From positions 3,527-67,526 of the IMG/VR virus record IMGVR_UViG_3300037249_000571: a stretch of 64,000 nt of DNA. One strand, 5' to 3'. Shown piece by piece: positions 44,067 to 54,600 of this stretch (its first letter is position 1; the number at the start of each line of letters is the position of its first letter). The position numbers and the translations under genes are program-made. Source of the stretch: a virus (taxonomy: Duplodnaviria; Caudoviricetes). Under the pieces are notes generated by a model, which ran no database searches, was not told the origin of the DNA, and saw only the letters and a program-made list of their open reading frames with translations.

Positions 44067-45433
44067 CCCTCCTGCCTGCGTGTTACGGTTACTTTGGAAT
44101 ACTTGGGCGACACCCAGCAGATACGTTTTTCCATACGGATCGCGTGCCAGCCGGTGACCGGGGACGTAGCTACCCAGTCATAGGTTTCACCCTTGTGAAC
44201 ATGGCCGATGCTGTCGTATTTCTGATGGTCGCCGATCCGGGCGTTCACCTTATCGCTGGTAATGGTCACAACGGTTACAGGTTTGCCTGTTTCTTCCTTG
44301 GTTTCGGTTTCGACGGGCTTCACTTCCGGCATGCCCCAATCGGGTCTGCCGAAGCCAGCCAGGCGGTTATAGGTCAGCTTATACTTCTTCTGGCACACGC
44401 CGCCGCCATTGGAAATGACGCCGTTCGCGCCGCTGGTATTGCCTTCTACCGTGTAAACGTTTTCGTCATCCACGGCGTACACCAAACCGGTATGTTGGAT
44501 GGACGAGCCGCCAATGCCGTCCTTCGGGTAGAAGAATATCTGGTCGCCGGGCTCGGGTTTGTCAAACAGCCGGCCGTTCTTCTTGTAGTAGTCCCGGCTG
44601 TACCGGCACCCAGCACCGCAGTTTGCTTTGCCGGGCGTCTGATAGGTCAGCTTGGCGGCAGCTTCCAGGCCATACGCCTGCACAAAGCACCAGTCCACGA
44701 AAATATCGCACCAGGCGACGCTTTGCTTTTTGCCGTTGTAGAAGCCAAGCTCGTCCAGGTCGCGGGCATACTTGGTGTAGTTCTTATCCCCGGCGTTGGC
44801 GGTCTTGTCGTCCAGACCATTCTTATCTTTCTTTTCCAGATAGCCGATTTCGTTCAAGGCTACCTGAACGACCTTATTCGGGTCATAGAACATGGGAATC
44901 TCCTCCTCCTTTTCGACAGTCACCACTTTGCCTGGCACGTTGGCAAACATGTCGAAATACTTTTGACCGTATGCGGCCCGTTTCTTCTTGACGGAATCGC
45001 TTTGATTCGCAGGCATCTCGTACTTTGTCAGAATCAAATCGGATGCCTCTTGAACGGACGTTGCGGCAAGCAGGCTGCGCATTACGGATTTATAGCTGGA
45101 CAGCTCCTTCCAAAGGAATTCCAGCTGCATTTCCAGATCGCCAATGGAACGCTGCCGCTCCCTGGCATAATTCAGCAGGTTTTGCTTTCGGGTCTTGTAC
45201 GTCCACTGAGCAAGTCCATATCCGGCGGAATCACTGGCAAACTCGTCATAGACGCCGCTGTCAACAGCCTGGGTATAACCATTGTCGGTCATGCCCAGCT
45301 TAACTTCGCACTTGTTTTCCAGATTTCTTGGGTTCAGGCCCGATTCCGCGTACAAGTTCCCCATCAGTCCGGCTGCGGAAAATACATTTCCGGTTCGTTC
45401 CCACAGGAACCTCCAAATATAATTCTCGTTCAT
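44063..45433 (-). CDS. endolysin: phage-tail-lysozyme-like + CHAP/amidase + SH3b
   Basis: AAGLMGNLYAESG; WCDIFVDWCF...HTGLV...VEGNT; C-terminal SH3b-like. Confidence 0.85.
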   Translation of the reverse strand: MNENYIWRFLWERTGNVFSAAGLMGNLYAESGLNPRNLENKCEVKLGMTDNGYTQAVDSGVYDEFASDSAGYGLAQWTYKTRKQNLLNYARERQRSIGDLEMQLEFLWKELSSYKSVMRSLLAATSVQEASDLILTKYEMPANQSDSVKKKRAAYGQKYFDMFANVPGKVVTVEKEEEIPMFYDPNKVVQVALNEIGYLEKKDKNGLDDKTANAGDKNYTKYARDLDELGFYNGKKQSVAWCDIFVDWCFVQAYGLEAAAKLTYQTPGKANCGAGCRYSRDYYKKNGRLFDKPEPGDQIFFYPKDGIGGSSIQHTGLVYAVDDENVYTVEGNTSGANGVISNGGGVCQKKYKLTYNRLAGFGRPDWGMPEVKPVETETKEETGKPVTVVTITSDKVNARIGDHQKYDSIGHVHKGETYDWVATSPVTGWHAIRMEKRICWVSPKYSKVTVTRRQEG

Positions 45434-45442
45434 ACTGCTCCT

Positions 45443-45805
45443 TTACGGGGGAAGAAGATCCACTTCCGTCCCGGCATACACGATTCCTTGACCGGGAACC
45501 AATGCGCACGGGCTGTCCACAATATCGACTGCGGCATAGACGCAATCGCAGGCGATATCCAATTGAAACAATCCTTCCCGGCTGATTGGAGCGATCACAA
45601 CAAAACCGCCGCCGCATCGCAAAACGAAGGATACTCTGGCGAAGAAGACATCGTCGACCAAATCAGCCCGTCCTTCCAGAGAAAAGCCGTCGTAAACGAC
45701 GTATTGGATGTATACGGATGGCTCCTCGCTTTCTGTTAAACAAAGATTGCAGGCGGAGCCGACAAGCAAATATAGCGCTAAAAACAGCGCGCAAAGCTTC
45801 TTCAT
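45443..45805 (-). CDS. secreted/lipoprotein-like protein
   Basis: MKKLCALFLALYLLVGSAC signal-like N-terminus; alternative start 45838. Confidence 0.6.
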   Translation of the reverse strand: MKKLCALFLALYLLVGSACNLCLTESEEPSVYIQYVVYDGFSLEGRADLVDDVFFARVSFVLRCGGGFVVIAPISREGLFQLDIACDCVYAAVDIVDSPCALVPGQGIVYAGTEVDLLPP

Positions 45806-45834
45806 CTCCGGATTCTCCTTTTCGGCAAGGGTTT

Positions 45835-45936
45835 TCATTTATACTTGTGCGTCCACCAAATGCTGATGAGAAGCAAGATCGTCAGAATGACGAAAGCTGA
45901 TCCGAAAACCAGAATGATGGACATTTCCTCACTCAT
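45835..45936 (-). CDS. 33-aa single-TM peptide (not in ORF track)
   Basis: MSEEMSIILVFGSAFVILTILLLISIWWTHKYK; GAAAGGA RBS; ATGA overlap. Confidence 0.6.
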   Translation of the reverse strand: MSEEMSIILVFGSAFVILTILLLISIWWTHKYK

Positions 45937-45966
45937 AATGGGTCCTTTCACGAATGCCGTCTCCCT

Positions 45967-46371
45967 TCATTCCAGTTTGCCGAAGCGCTCCTTATCCCGT
46001 TTCAACGCGCCTTTTACCAGCTTCCGTTCCTTTTCCACCAGTCCCATCCAGAAAGTCATACAGTCGCTTTTCAACCCGAAAAGCTCATTGGCTACTTCTA
46101 TCTGGGAAACGATGTTGTGCAGATCGGCGTAGGCTTTCAGCATGTATTCTCTGCGCAGCCAGTAATCGGTTCTGGACGCAGGATAAATGCTGTTGGCGCA
46201 TTTCACGTTTTCATGAATTCTTGTCGCGCATTCAACAATTGGATGTCCGCAGTAAAACGTGTACCGTTTGGGAAAGCCCACACACTTCCGTACTGTATAG
46301 ATGTGCAGTTCCCGCGCCGTATGCACATATTCCATATCGGATATTTCACGGTCTGTTTTCTTAACGGACAC
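45967..46371 (-). CDS. avd: DGR accessory variability determinant
   Basis: 134 aa, FPKRYTFY, ANSIYP, four-helix-bundle pattern; within 0.6 kb of the RT. Confidence 0.8.
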   Translation of the reverse strand: MSVKKTDREISDMEYVHTARELHIYTVRKCVGFPKRYTFYCGHPIVECATRIHENVKCANSIYPASRTDYWLRREYMLKAYADLHNIVSQIEVANELFGLKSDCMTFWMGLVEKERKLVKGALKRDKERFGKLE

Positions 46372-46392
46372 TTATACGCACCCGCTTTTCCA

Positions 46393-46524
46393 TCATTCAG
46401 TGATCAATTCTTCCATGCCGGAATCGATCAGGATTTCCCGAACCTGCTCCTTGAGCAGCCGGGGAACCTGCGCGAAGGTCTTCTTGCCGAGCATAATGCT
46501 CTGCGCCCACAGCATAGCCATCAT
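46393..46524 (-). CDS. CD1375/XkdX-like small tail-associated protein
   Basis: GKKTFAQVPRLLKEQVREIL; start at MMAMLW (AAAGGAG RBS). Confidence 0.6.
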   Translation of the reverse strand: MMAMLWAQSIMLGKKTFAQVPRLLKEQVREILIDSGMEELITE

Positions 46525-46573
46525 GGTTTCACACTCCTTTCCAAATATGATTCGGAATATCCATTGCGCCAGC

Positions 46574-46975
46574 TTATCCATAGACGATCTCGCTTATCTC
46601 CAGAAGGCATTCCACCAGCATAGTGTTCTGCTCTTCCAGGTCATGCACCCGGGCGGTGAGTTCGGCGCGGGTCAGCGGCGTTTCTTCCTGTTCCGGCGTT
46701 TCCGGGGTTTCATCCTCGGGATCTGGAACGGAAGCGACGATGCCGTTGTATTCCGCTTCGGTGATGATCTCCGCCCACGGCGCTTTTTCTCCTTGGGGCA
46801 TTTGGCCGCCGAGAAGATAGATGGTTTCCCCGTCGCTGGAAAGAATCGCCTGGGCCGCTTCAGGTTCGCACCGAACCAGCATCCCATTGCTGACCTGCCA
46901 GCGGACATATACGGGGTCGTCGATTCGTTCCGCGCCGGTCACCCGATCTTCGGCGTCGAATGTTTTGATGTACAC
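46574..46975 (-). CDS. tail-fibre-associated protein
   Basis: GTG start just after RT stop; C-terminal coiled coil ...VECLLEISE. Confidence 0.55.
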   Translation of the reverse strand: MYIKTFDAEDRVTGAERIDDPVYVRWQVSNGMLVRCEPEAAQAILSSDGETIYLLGGQMPQGEKAPWAEIITEAEYNGIVASVPDPEDETPETPEQEETPLTRAELTARVHDLEEQNTMLVECLLEISEIVYG

Positions 46976-46976
46976 G

Positions 46977-48101
46977 TCACCACTCCCCAAATATAAATAA
47001 TTGGTTGTAGAGTTTCCCAAGGTTCTGAATCGTGTGCCAGGCGTTGAATTTCCGGGCGTAGCCGCTCCAGCTCTGCCAGGAGTTCCAAATATCCCGGAAA
47101 ACGATCTCGCCCCGGTCCAGCCGTTTTTTCATGGTCTTAAACCTTCGCCTTGCCCGGCAGATGCTTTTCTTGCAGATCTTCCTTACCACTTTTCCTGTCG
47201 GCGTCAGAAATATCCGGGATTGCAGCCAGGTAAAGCCGTGGCTCAGCTTGACGAGCTGGGTCTTCTTTCGGTTCAGGGTAATATGAAGCTGATCGCAGAC
47301 AGCGAAGATACTTTCCAGGCATTTTTGAAGATAAGCCTTGGAAGGGTGGATCAAATATCCGTCGTCCATATACCGCCCGTATGCACGAATGCGAAGAACT
47401 TCCTTGATGAAATGATCCAGCCGGTTCGCGCTGGCCAAAGCAAGCACCTGGCTGATCTGGCTGCCCAGCCCCAGACCCACGGGCCCGAAAGCGTCGATGA
47501 AATGGCCGGTGAGCTGTTTTACTCGTTCATCGGTAAAGGTCTTTTCCAGGATGCCTTTTACCACGGCATGAGACACTCGGTCGAAAAACTTGGAAAAGTC
47601 GTATAGCAGAATATAACCTTCCTGCCCGTATTTCCGATAGTGCGCCTGCAAATGCCGGGTGATGCGCCGCATACAGAAATCGTACCCCTTGTATTTCATG
47701 GACGCGCCGTTATCGTAGATCATGGTGGGCATCAGTGCCGGAACCAGCGCGTTATCGCACAGGCACCTTTGCACCACCCTTTCGCCGATCACGGTAGATC
47801 GGATATGCCGCCGTTTCCCGCGCTCAAAGAGATCGAACTCGAAAAAGCCGGGGCTGCGGTATTTACCGGACATCAGCCGCTGCCAGGTTTGGTACAGGTA
47901 AAGGGGCGCGTTGGAAATATACCGCTGCACGCTCGCTTTCCAGCTTACTCCGCGTCGGCAGCATTTATAGGCTTTATAGAGGTTTTCGTAGGAAAACACG
48001 GTATGGAAATCGTCATGGCCTTCCAATCGCCGCCTTTTCTGTTCGTCCCGGTGCTGCCGCCGTCTTTTGTATCGGTTCTCTTTTCTTTCTTCGCTCGTCA
48101 T
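46977..48101 (-). CDS. DGR reverse transcriptase
   Basis: 374 aa from MTSEE; GKRRHI, ERVVQR, DFSKFF, LGSQISQ, RYMDD. Confidence 0.95.
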   Translation of the reverse strand: MTSEERKENRYKRRRQHRDEQKRRRLEGHDDFHTVFSYENLYKAYKCCRRGVSWKASVQRYISNAPLYLYQTWQRLMSGKYRSPGFFEFDLFERGKRRHIRSTVIGERVVQRCLCDNALVPALMPTMIYDNGASMKYKGYDFCMRRITRHLQAHYRKYGQEGYILLYDFSKFFDRVSHAVVKGILEKTFTDERVKQLTGHFIDAFGPVGLGLGSQISQVLALASANRLDHFIKEVLRIRAYGRYMDDGYLIHPSKAYLQKCLESIFAVCDQLHITLNRKKTQLVKLSHGFTWLQSRIFLTPTGKVVRKICKKSICRARRRFKTMKKRLDRGEIVFRDIWNSWQSWSGYARKFNAWHTIQNLGKLYNQLFIFGEW

Positions 48102-48428
48102 ATTGGTTCTTCCGTCTGTCCCTCCCCACCCCTGCCGGATGGTTGCGTATAGGGGCATAATGTCACCGGGCATGAAACGGCGCATCACCATCAAGCTCCG
48201 CCATGCAAGCAGCGTCCGCCCGGACATGTGGGAGGGAATATTTACCCGAAAACACCAGGAGCAAACCCCTTGCGGGTTTGTGACGCGGAACCAGCCAAGA
48301 AACATGGCTTGGTAGAGCGCGCGCAAGCGAAGCGCAGGGCGTGCGTGGTGTTTGGGAGGGTCACGCGCTCCTTCTCTCCAGTCTGGACGGATTTCACCCT
48401 TCTGGGTTACTCTGTCTGCCATGAGAGG

Positions 48429-48553
48429 AGCCGAAACTGATGCCATATGAATTGTTCGCGTTGTTGTTGTTGCTCCCGTTGCTGTTCGTATTCCAGAAGT
48501 TGTTGGTGTTGCCGGTATTCGGCGAACGCAACCACCAGTTGTTCGCGGCACCG
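48429..48553 (-). repeat. DGR template repeat (TR)
   Basis: AAC-rich 125-nt copy of the VR; mismatches only at TR adenines. Confidence 0.95.
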
Positions 48554-48661
48554 AAAACATGTTTACAGCGCGTAACCCATATCTTTGTTGCAATGGAAAA
48601 GCCGCCGGGAAACCGCCTCCAAGTGCGGAAGCGGCCCCGACGGCAGGCTCATCCGGGAACA

Positions 48662-48677
48662 GCCCCCACAAGGGGGC
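48662..48677 (-). other. DGR target-recognition hairpin
   Basis: GCCCCC-TTGT-GGGGGC about 20 nt after target stop codon. Confidence 0.7.
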
Positions 48678-48697
48678 AGATTTCCACGGATCACAGG

Positions 48698-51600
48698 TCA
48701 AATACAGAAGCCGAAACTGATGCCATATGAATAGCCCGCGCCGGCGTAGTAGTAGGCGCTCCCGTCGCTGTACGTACTCCAGAAGCCGTTGGCGTAGCCG
48801 GCATACGGCGAACGCAACCACCAGCCGTCCGCGGCACCGGCGCCGAAATTCAGCCTTTTGATACGACTGTTGTTATCGGTGAACACCGTGAACGGTGCAT
48901 CAGATTCCTGAGCGTAAGGCGTGGTGTTGACTTCCCAGCCCATTTCTTTCGTACTGGGAATCCAGATTTTGTCTTCGGCAGGCGGGTCTACAAGGCTGGT
49001 AGATTTATTACCCGCGCTGGAATGAACGTAAACCGTCAGCAGCATCTGCCGCCACTTACAGGGCAGAGCTTTGAGCAGGCGGGTATTCAGCCACGTCCTG
49101 ATCGGCGCGTCCTTCCAGCCGCCTACATTCGTATTCGTCGGGTTCATCTGGTGCGTTTCTTCCAGTAGTTCCTTGAGCAGGAAGGCGCAGTTCACATAAC
49201 GCTGGTTATCCACTCGCGTGAAATTGCGGAAAGCCCTTTCGCTGCTGCCGACCGCCTGCATTTTGAAGGTTTGCCTCGGCCACGCGGCGATGTCCCGGCA
49301 GATGGTGTCACCCAAATCGCCATCCCACAGCTTTGCCCAGTAAACGGTGCCTTTGCCGTAGTTTTCCACGTAGGAATCCTCCGCCATCTGCGCGCCGAAT
49401 ACCAGGGGTGCGTTATGGCTGGGAGCGCTGGCCTGTTCCAGGGCCGCGTATACGATGGCATTGGCGTTCTTATTCGATCCGTACACGTGCAGCTTGTTTT
49501 CGCCTGCTTTCTTGCGAAGGACCACCATCTGCCTTACACCGTTGCTGGATACTGCCTGAGTGGCGGAAATGCCGTAGCGAACGGAACCGCCGGAAGCGTA
49601 GCGAAGCAGGAAGCCATTGCCATGATAGCAGGCTGCCAGGCAGCCGCCCGCGTCACTGGTGGTGTCGTAAGCAAAGTCGATCGCCAGGGTAAAGGATTTG
49701 TCCGTATCGAACAGCAAAATATCATTGCCGTCGATCTGCGGTTTCAGATAGTTCGTCCCGTCAAAGGTCTGCGGACTGGCGAGGGAAATCAGCTCATGGC
49801 TGTCCACATTGCTGAAGGTGTAGTCGTTACCAGCCACAATGTCGATTGTATCGCCGGACGCTACCAGGGTATTGTTCGCGCCGGTTGGCGAAAGCACTTC
49901 CGTCTCTACCAGAGCATGAAGCTGCTCTGGCGTAAAACCGGAAAGTATACCGCTGCTGGGCGCTACGGCCCCATCGTACTGTGCATATACATCCAGGTCC
50001 TCCGCTACAAAGCCGGTGCTCTTGTCCCAGCCCTTGAACAGGTAATACATGGCGTAATCGCCTTCGGCCTCGCTCACAGGATCATTCCCGGAGTAAACAG
50101 CGTCCGCGCCATAATTCACGGTCTGGGTTTCCAGCAGCGTGCTTCCGTTATACCAACGGACGCGGTAGGTACGGACGCTTTCAGTATAATGGGCATACAG
50201 ATCGGAATCCTGGGTAATCACGACTTCGCTCAGATCGTCGATCACCGTTCCGCCATTCGTCCAGCTCCATCCGTCGAAGGTGTAGGAGGTGGAAACGCTG
50301 CTGGCCCGTGTGGGTGTAATGCCGGGATTGCTGGGAGCGGAGCCTTGCTCAATAGACTGAGCTGCGGTCAGTACGGTTCCGTCATAGTTCAGGAACCGAA
50401 CGGTGTAATTCGGCACTTCCCCGGAGGGATTGGCGGTGATCGTCAGATCAGGGAAAGCCGCTTGAACAGCGGTCAGCTTGCTCTGGGACCATCTTTGAAC
50501 CGTGACTGCGCCCGTAAGAACGGGGGCGTTCTGTTCCTCGCCCAGAGCGTTGTAGCCCTTCCATTTGGTCGCCAGGGAATACAATGTTGAAATATCCTGA
50601 ATAGCCCAGTTCACGCCGATCATACGGATTCTTCGGGTCGCGTTTCCACCGGCTGCCGTTGCCTGATTCAGGTAAGCCAGCATGGCTTCGTTGATGAGGC
50701 TATTGCAGTCCTCGATCAGTACGGAAGTGAGGTTGCCGCCGCTTTCCAGACTGAAATCCTCCACCGCGTTCAGATGGCGCGCAGTAATGCCCGTGCAGGC
50801 ATTCAGCTTCACAGAGGTCAGCGGAGCATAGGAGGGAAGCGTGATTTGGCCCGCGTTCGTACCCCGCGTATCCAGCGTTTCCAATTCCACATTGGCGGAC
50901 AGGTTTAACGCGCCGGAGAAGTTCACCATATTGCGGATGGACAAGTCTTTCAGGATCACGGAAGGGATATTCAAGCCCGTGCCGGAAAGCCAGGCAGTGT
51001 TCTCTGTTTCGCCTCCCAGCAGCGCTTCCATCAGCTTAGCAGCGCCGGAAGCCGAGAAGGTACTATTCTGCGTTTCGTTCAAAGGACGCACACGCTGGAT
51101 CAGCCTGTCCGGGGTGATATAGATTGTGGTGTTGGAACCTACGGACACATTGGCAAACACTGCTTCGCCACCGGCCTCCACCTTCCGTGACGCCACCTTG
51201 CTGTCATCCGCCAATACGGTAATGTACGTTTTGGCGTAGGCTTTTACGGTGAAATCCTTCCGGCTGCTGTCGCCGTTGGTTCGGAACTGGGTAGAATTCG
51301 TTTTGGAATAGTACCCGTATTTGCCGTCCATGTACGCGGTCTGGTAGGTAAAGAACTGCTTCCGCTGGTATGTTTTGCTTCCAGCCAGTCGGCTCAGGTA
51401 GTTGTCGTCATAGCCCAGGGTGGTGCCGTCGATGACGACGCCGATGGTTTTGTAGGGATAAATATACTTGACATAGGCGTCATGCACCATGGCGGCGTGG
51501 GGCCTGCGATTTTGGTAATTATCCCATTTGGCGATCATATCCTCCGCGTTCCACGCACCCTGGCTCCGCAGGGAAATATACATGGCGGAAAGCTCGGGCT

Positions 51601-54600
51601 GGAATGCTTCTTTGATGTTCGCCCAGATGGGGTTGTCCACCGCGTTGAAGTAGCTTCTGCCGTTGACCGTGCCGTCAATGGTGTCGCCATAGTCCAGCCC
51701 ATAGTCACCCAGAGGTTTGCCGTCGTTGTCGTAAGCCAGAATGGTGTCCCAGTCGTAGGCTTTTACGATATTCCACAAATACCGCTGCTCCGTCTTGTCC
51801 CAGTCGTAGGAGTAGAAGGTGTTCTTGGATACGTCATCGTAAGCGTTCAGGAACTCGATGGCGAGGAAATGGTAGAGCAGCGAATTGATGGCGAAGTAAT
51901 TGCCTACTTCCCGCTTGAACTTGGCGCTGTCTCCAACCGTGGAAGCCGCCCAGGCTACGGCAGCGTCCCAGGCCGCCACGACATCGTCCAGGTCTTCAGC
52001 CTCTGGCTCCATGCGCCATTCAAATTCCTTGGTGACGACGGTTTGTCCGTTCTCGATCCGTGTCGTCTGCCATTCGCCGTCTTCCGCATTGTAAGTTGCG
52101 GTACTGCGGAATCGCTGAGCTTCAGTATCATTGCCGGATACTTCAACGCAGCCCTTGGTGGGGTGGGCGCCTTCGCCATTCTGTCCGAATACGCCCGTAT
52201 TCTTCTTGGAATTGCAAAGGTCGCCCATGACGTAGAGGATGGTTTCTCCGGGCTCTACCAACTGGGAACTGACCCAAACGGCGCTATCGCTGGTGTTGGT
52301 GAAGAACACGGCGCAGGGTTTGCCTTCCATCGTGTCCCGCACAGCGCTGTTGTTCTCCCTGGCCTCGATCAGATAGGGCTGGAAGTTATTATACCAGTCT
52401 ACAGCGCAGATATTATTAGCGTTCTCGGAGGAAGCAATGTTGGCCTTCACATTCAGATAGCTGACGGGAATCGCGCCGCTGGACAGGGCATAAGACAGCC
52501 CGGTTTTTTTGAAATCCAGGTCCATATTGTAGCCGGATCGTCCGTAGGCTACGGAGGAAGTGCCCTGTACCTTAAATACCGTTCCGTCGGCGGCCAGAAG
52601 AAGGATTACGTTGGAGCCGTCGGTAATCCGAATATCGGCGGGTACAGGGTCATTTTTGCTCACCGTCATCCGAGGAGCCGAAATTTCGATGACGGTCAGG
52701 CCCGGCATGGCGGCGTGCAGAGTGGCGGGGGTGATTTTGCCATTGCTGTCAAAAATATTATTGACCAGATAACGGCTGATCTTCTCCTGTGTGGTGCTGC
52801 CCAGGGAAATATAATTCTGAATCATTTCCTGCTGAGAGAAGGCCGCGTTATAAGCGCGGATGGTGTAAATCCACACGTCGCAGTGGTCGGAGCCGATGAC
52901 AAGGCTGTTTTCATCTTGCACCAGGGTGTTGGCTTCGTAAGCGTCCACCTTGGAAGGGATGCCGTCCAGCCAGAGGGTGACGATCCGCTGATTGGTCACT
53001 TCTTCCACCAGTATGGAAAGGTCAATGCGGCTTTCCTCGCAATAGCGGAACGACTGGCCGGAAACGTTGTTCAGCCGTAATTCGCCCTCGTTCGCCCGTA
53101 GGATCAGGCCCTTGGTTGCGCCATTGTTCATATCCTGCATGGCAACGGCGTCATACTGGTCGCTGTTAGTGATTTTGAAGGAAAGATGGATCATTTTGCC
53201 ATTGGTATCGCTGTCCGCAAACAGGGAACGCGGCAAGGTCGCCCGATGGCCCTTTTTTACCACAAAGGCGCTCGCTCCGTCACCGTCCGTCTGAAACCCG
53301 CCGTTTACCCAGTCGAAACCCGGGCTGAAGGTCATTCCGCCAAACTGGTCGCGGTCATTATCGGCGTTGCTGTGTCCCACGGGGTCGAGATGATAGCGCA
53401 GGCTGTCGCCAGAGACCATGCCGATATTATAGGCGCTGGGCTCCACGGTCAGAGTCATACTGGCGCTGCTCATGCCACAGCGAAGCGTGACCGTCACAGT
53501 CCCGTCTTCCTGAGGCGCGTGGCGGTAGGTCTGCATTTCCCGGCTGGCAGAAAGGCTTCTGGCCGTTTCAGAACCGAACTGGATTGACGCGGCAGCGGTT
53601 TCATTGCCGGGATCGTACACGAAGTAATGGATAACGGAAATATCATACTGTGTACCCGTCTGGGCGCTTTTGGCAAACGCGACGACAGGCGCGGAAGTTC
53701 CGTATCCCCACAGCGCCACATAATGAATGTCTTCCGCGGTGTCAGTGACATCCGTGCTGGATACCATGCTGGCCGTAACCGTATTGGCCCCAAGCTGGAA
53801 CCAAGATTTATCCAACGCGACGGTAAGCGCGCGGCTGCCGGTAACGGAGCGCGTCACTTCATGGCCGTTTACGGTAACGGTCACATTATTTACCGTTCCA
53901 CCCTGGGCTGTCACATTTACGACTGCGTAAATATCCTCATTTGCGGTGTACAGTGTGATCGGATTGATGGCAGCGCCCCAGCTCAGAGAGAAGGCAGTGG
54001 AAGTCACCGTCCATTTCCGGGTCAGAGAAGCGCCGCTTTCAGAGGAAATGGTAACCTGCACGATGCTGGTGTCAGACGGCCGCAGATAGTTCTTCGCGTT
54101 GAAGCTGAAGGATGCGCCGCTGTCTTTTTCGTCTGTCGAAACCTGTACACCATCGACAAACCACCGCGCCATGATGCCGGTATCATCCGAGGAAGTGGCG
54201 GTAAAGCCGAACAGAGCGTCCGCGCCATTTCGTACAGCAGTATGCTTGACCACGTTGGTGAGAACGATAGCGGATGTGCTGCCGGTTCCGCCTCCGCCTG
54301 TGGCCGGAATTTCAATAGGATTGAAGTCCTCGATTTCCTCGCCGTCGGCTGTCAGATGCAGATAAAACTTTCCATCTTCCTCATTCTGCTGCACAAAGCC
54401 GCCATCGAAAGCCAGGCCACCGCTGTCGATAGGAATATCTTCCGTGCTTTCATCCCCGAATGTCACCAAAATCCCCGTTGGGGATTGTTCGATACTCTGA
54501 ACGAAATCGTTCAGTTTGGTGTTCACTTCGTTCTTTGTCGCATGAGTATTGGAAGCGGTTTTCAGATCGGCAATATCGTCCTGCATACCGCTGAGCTCGT

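Noticed and set aside
46977-48101. RT as group II intron, retron or Abi RT
   Set aside because: No maturase or endonuclease domain; the TR/VR pair, the SQ motif and Avd identify a DGR
48102-48821. 240-aa N-terminal extension of the RT ORF in the track
   Set aside because: It runs through VR, TR and spacer in a non-coding frame; RT homology begins at MTSEE (48101)
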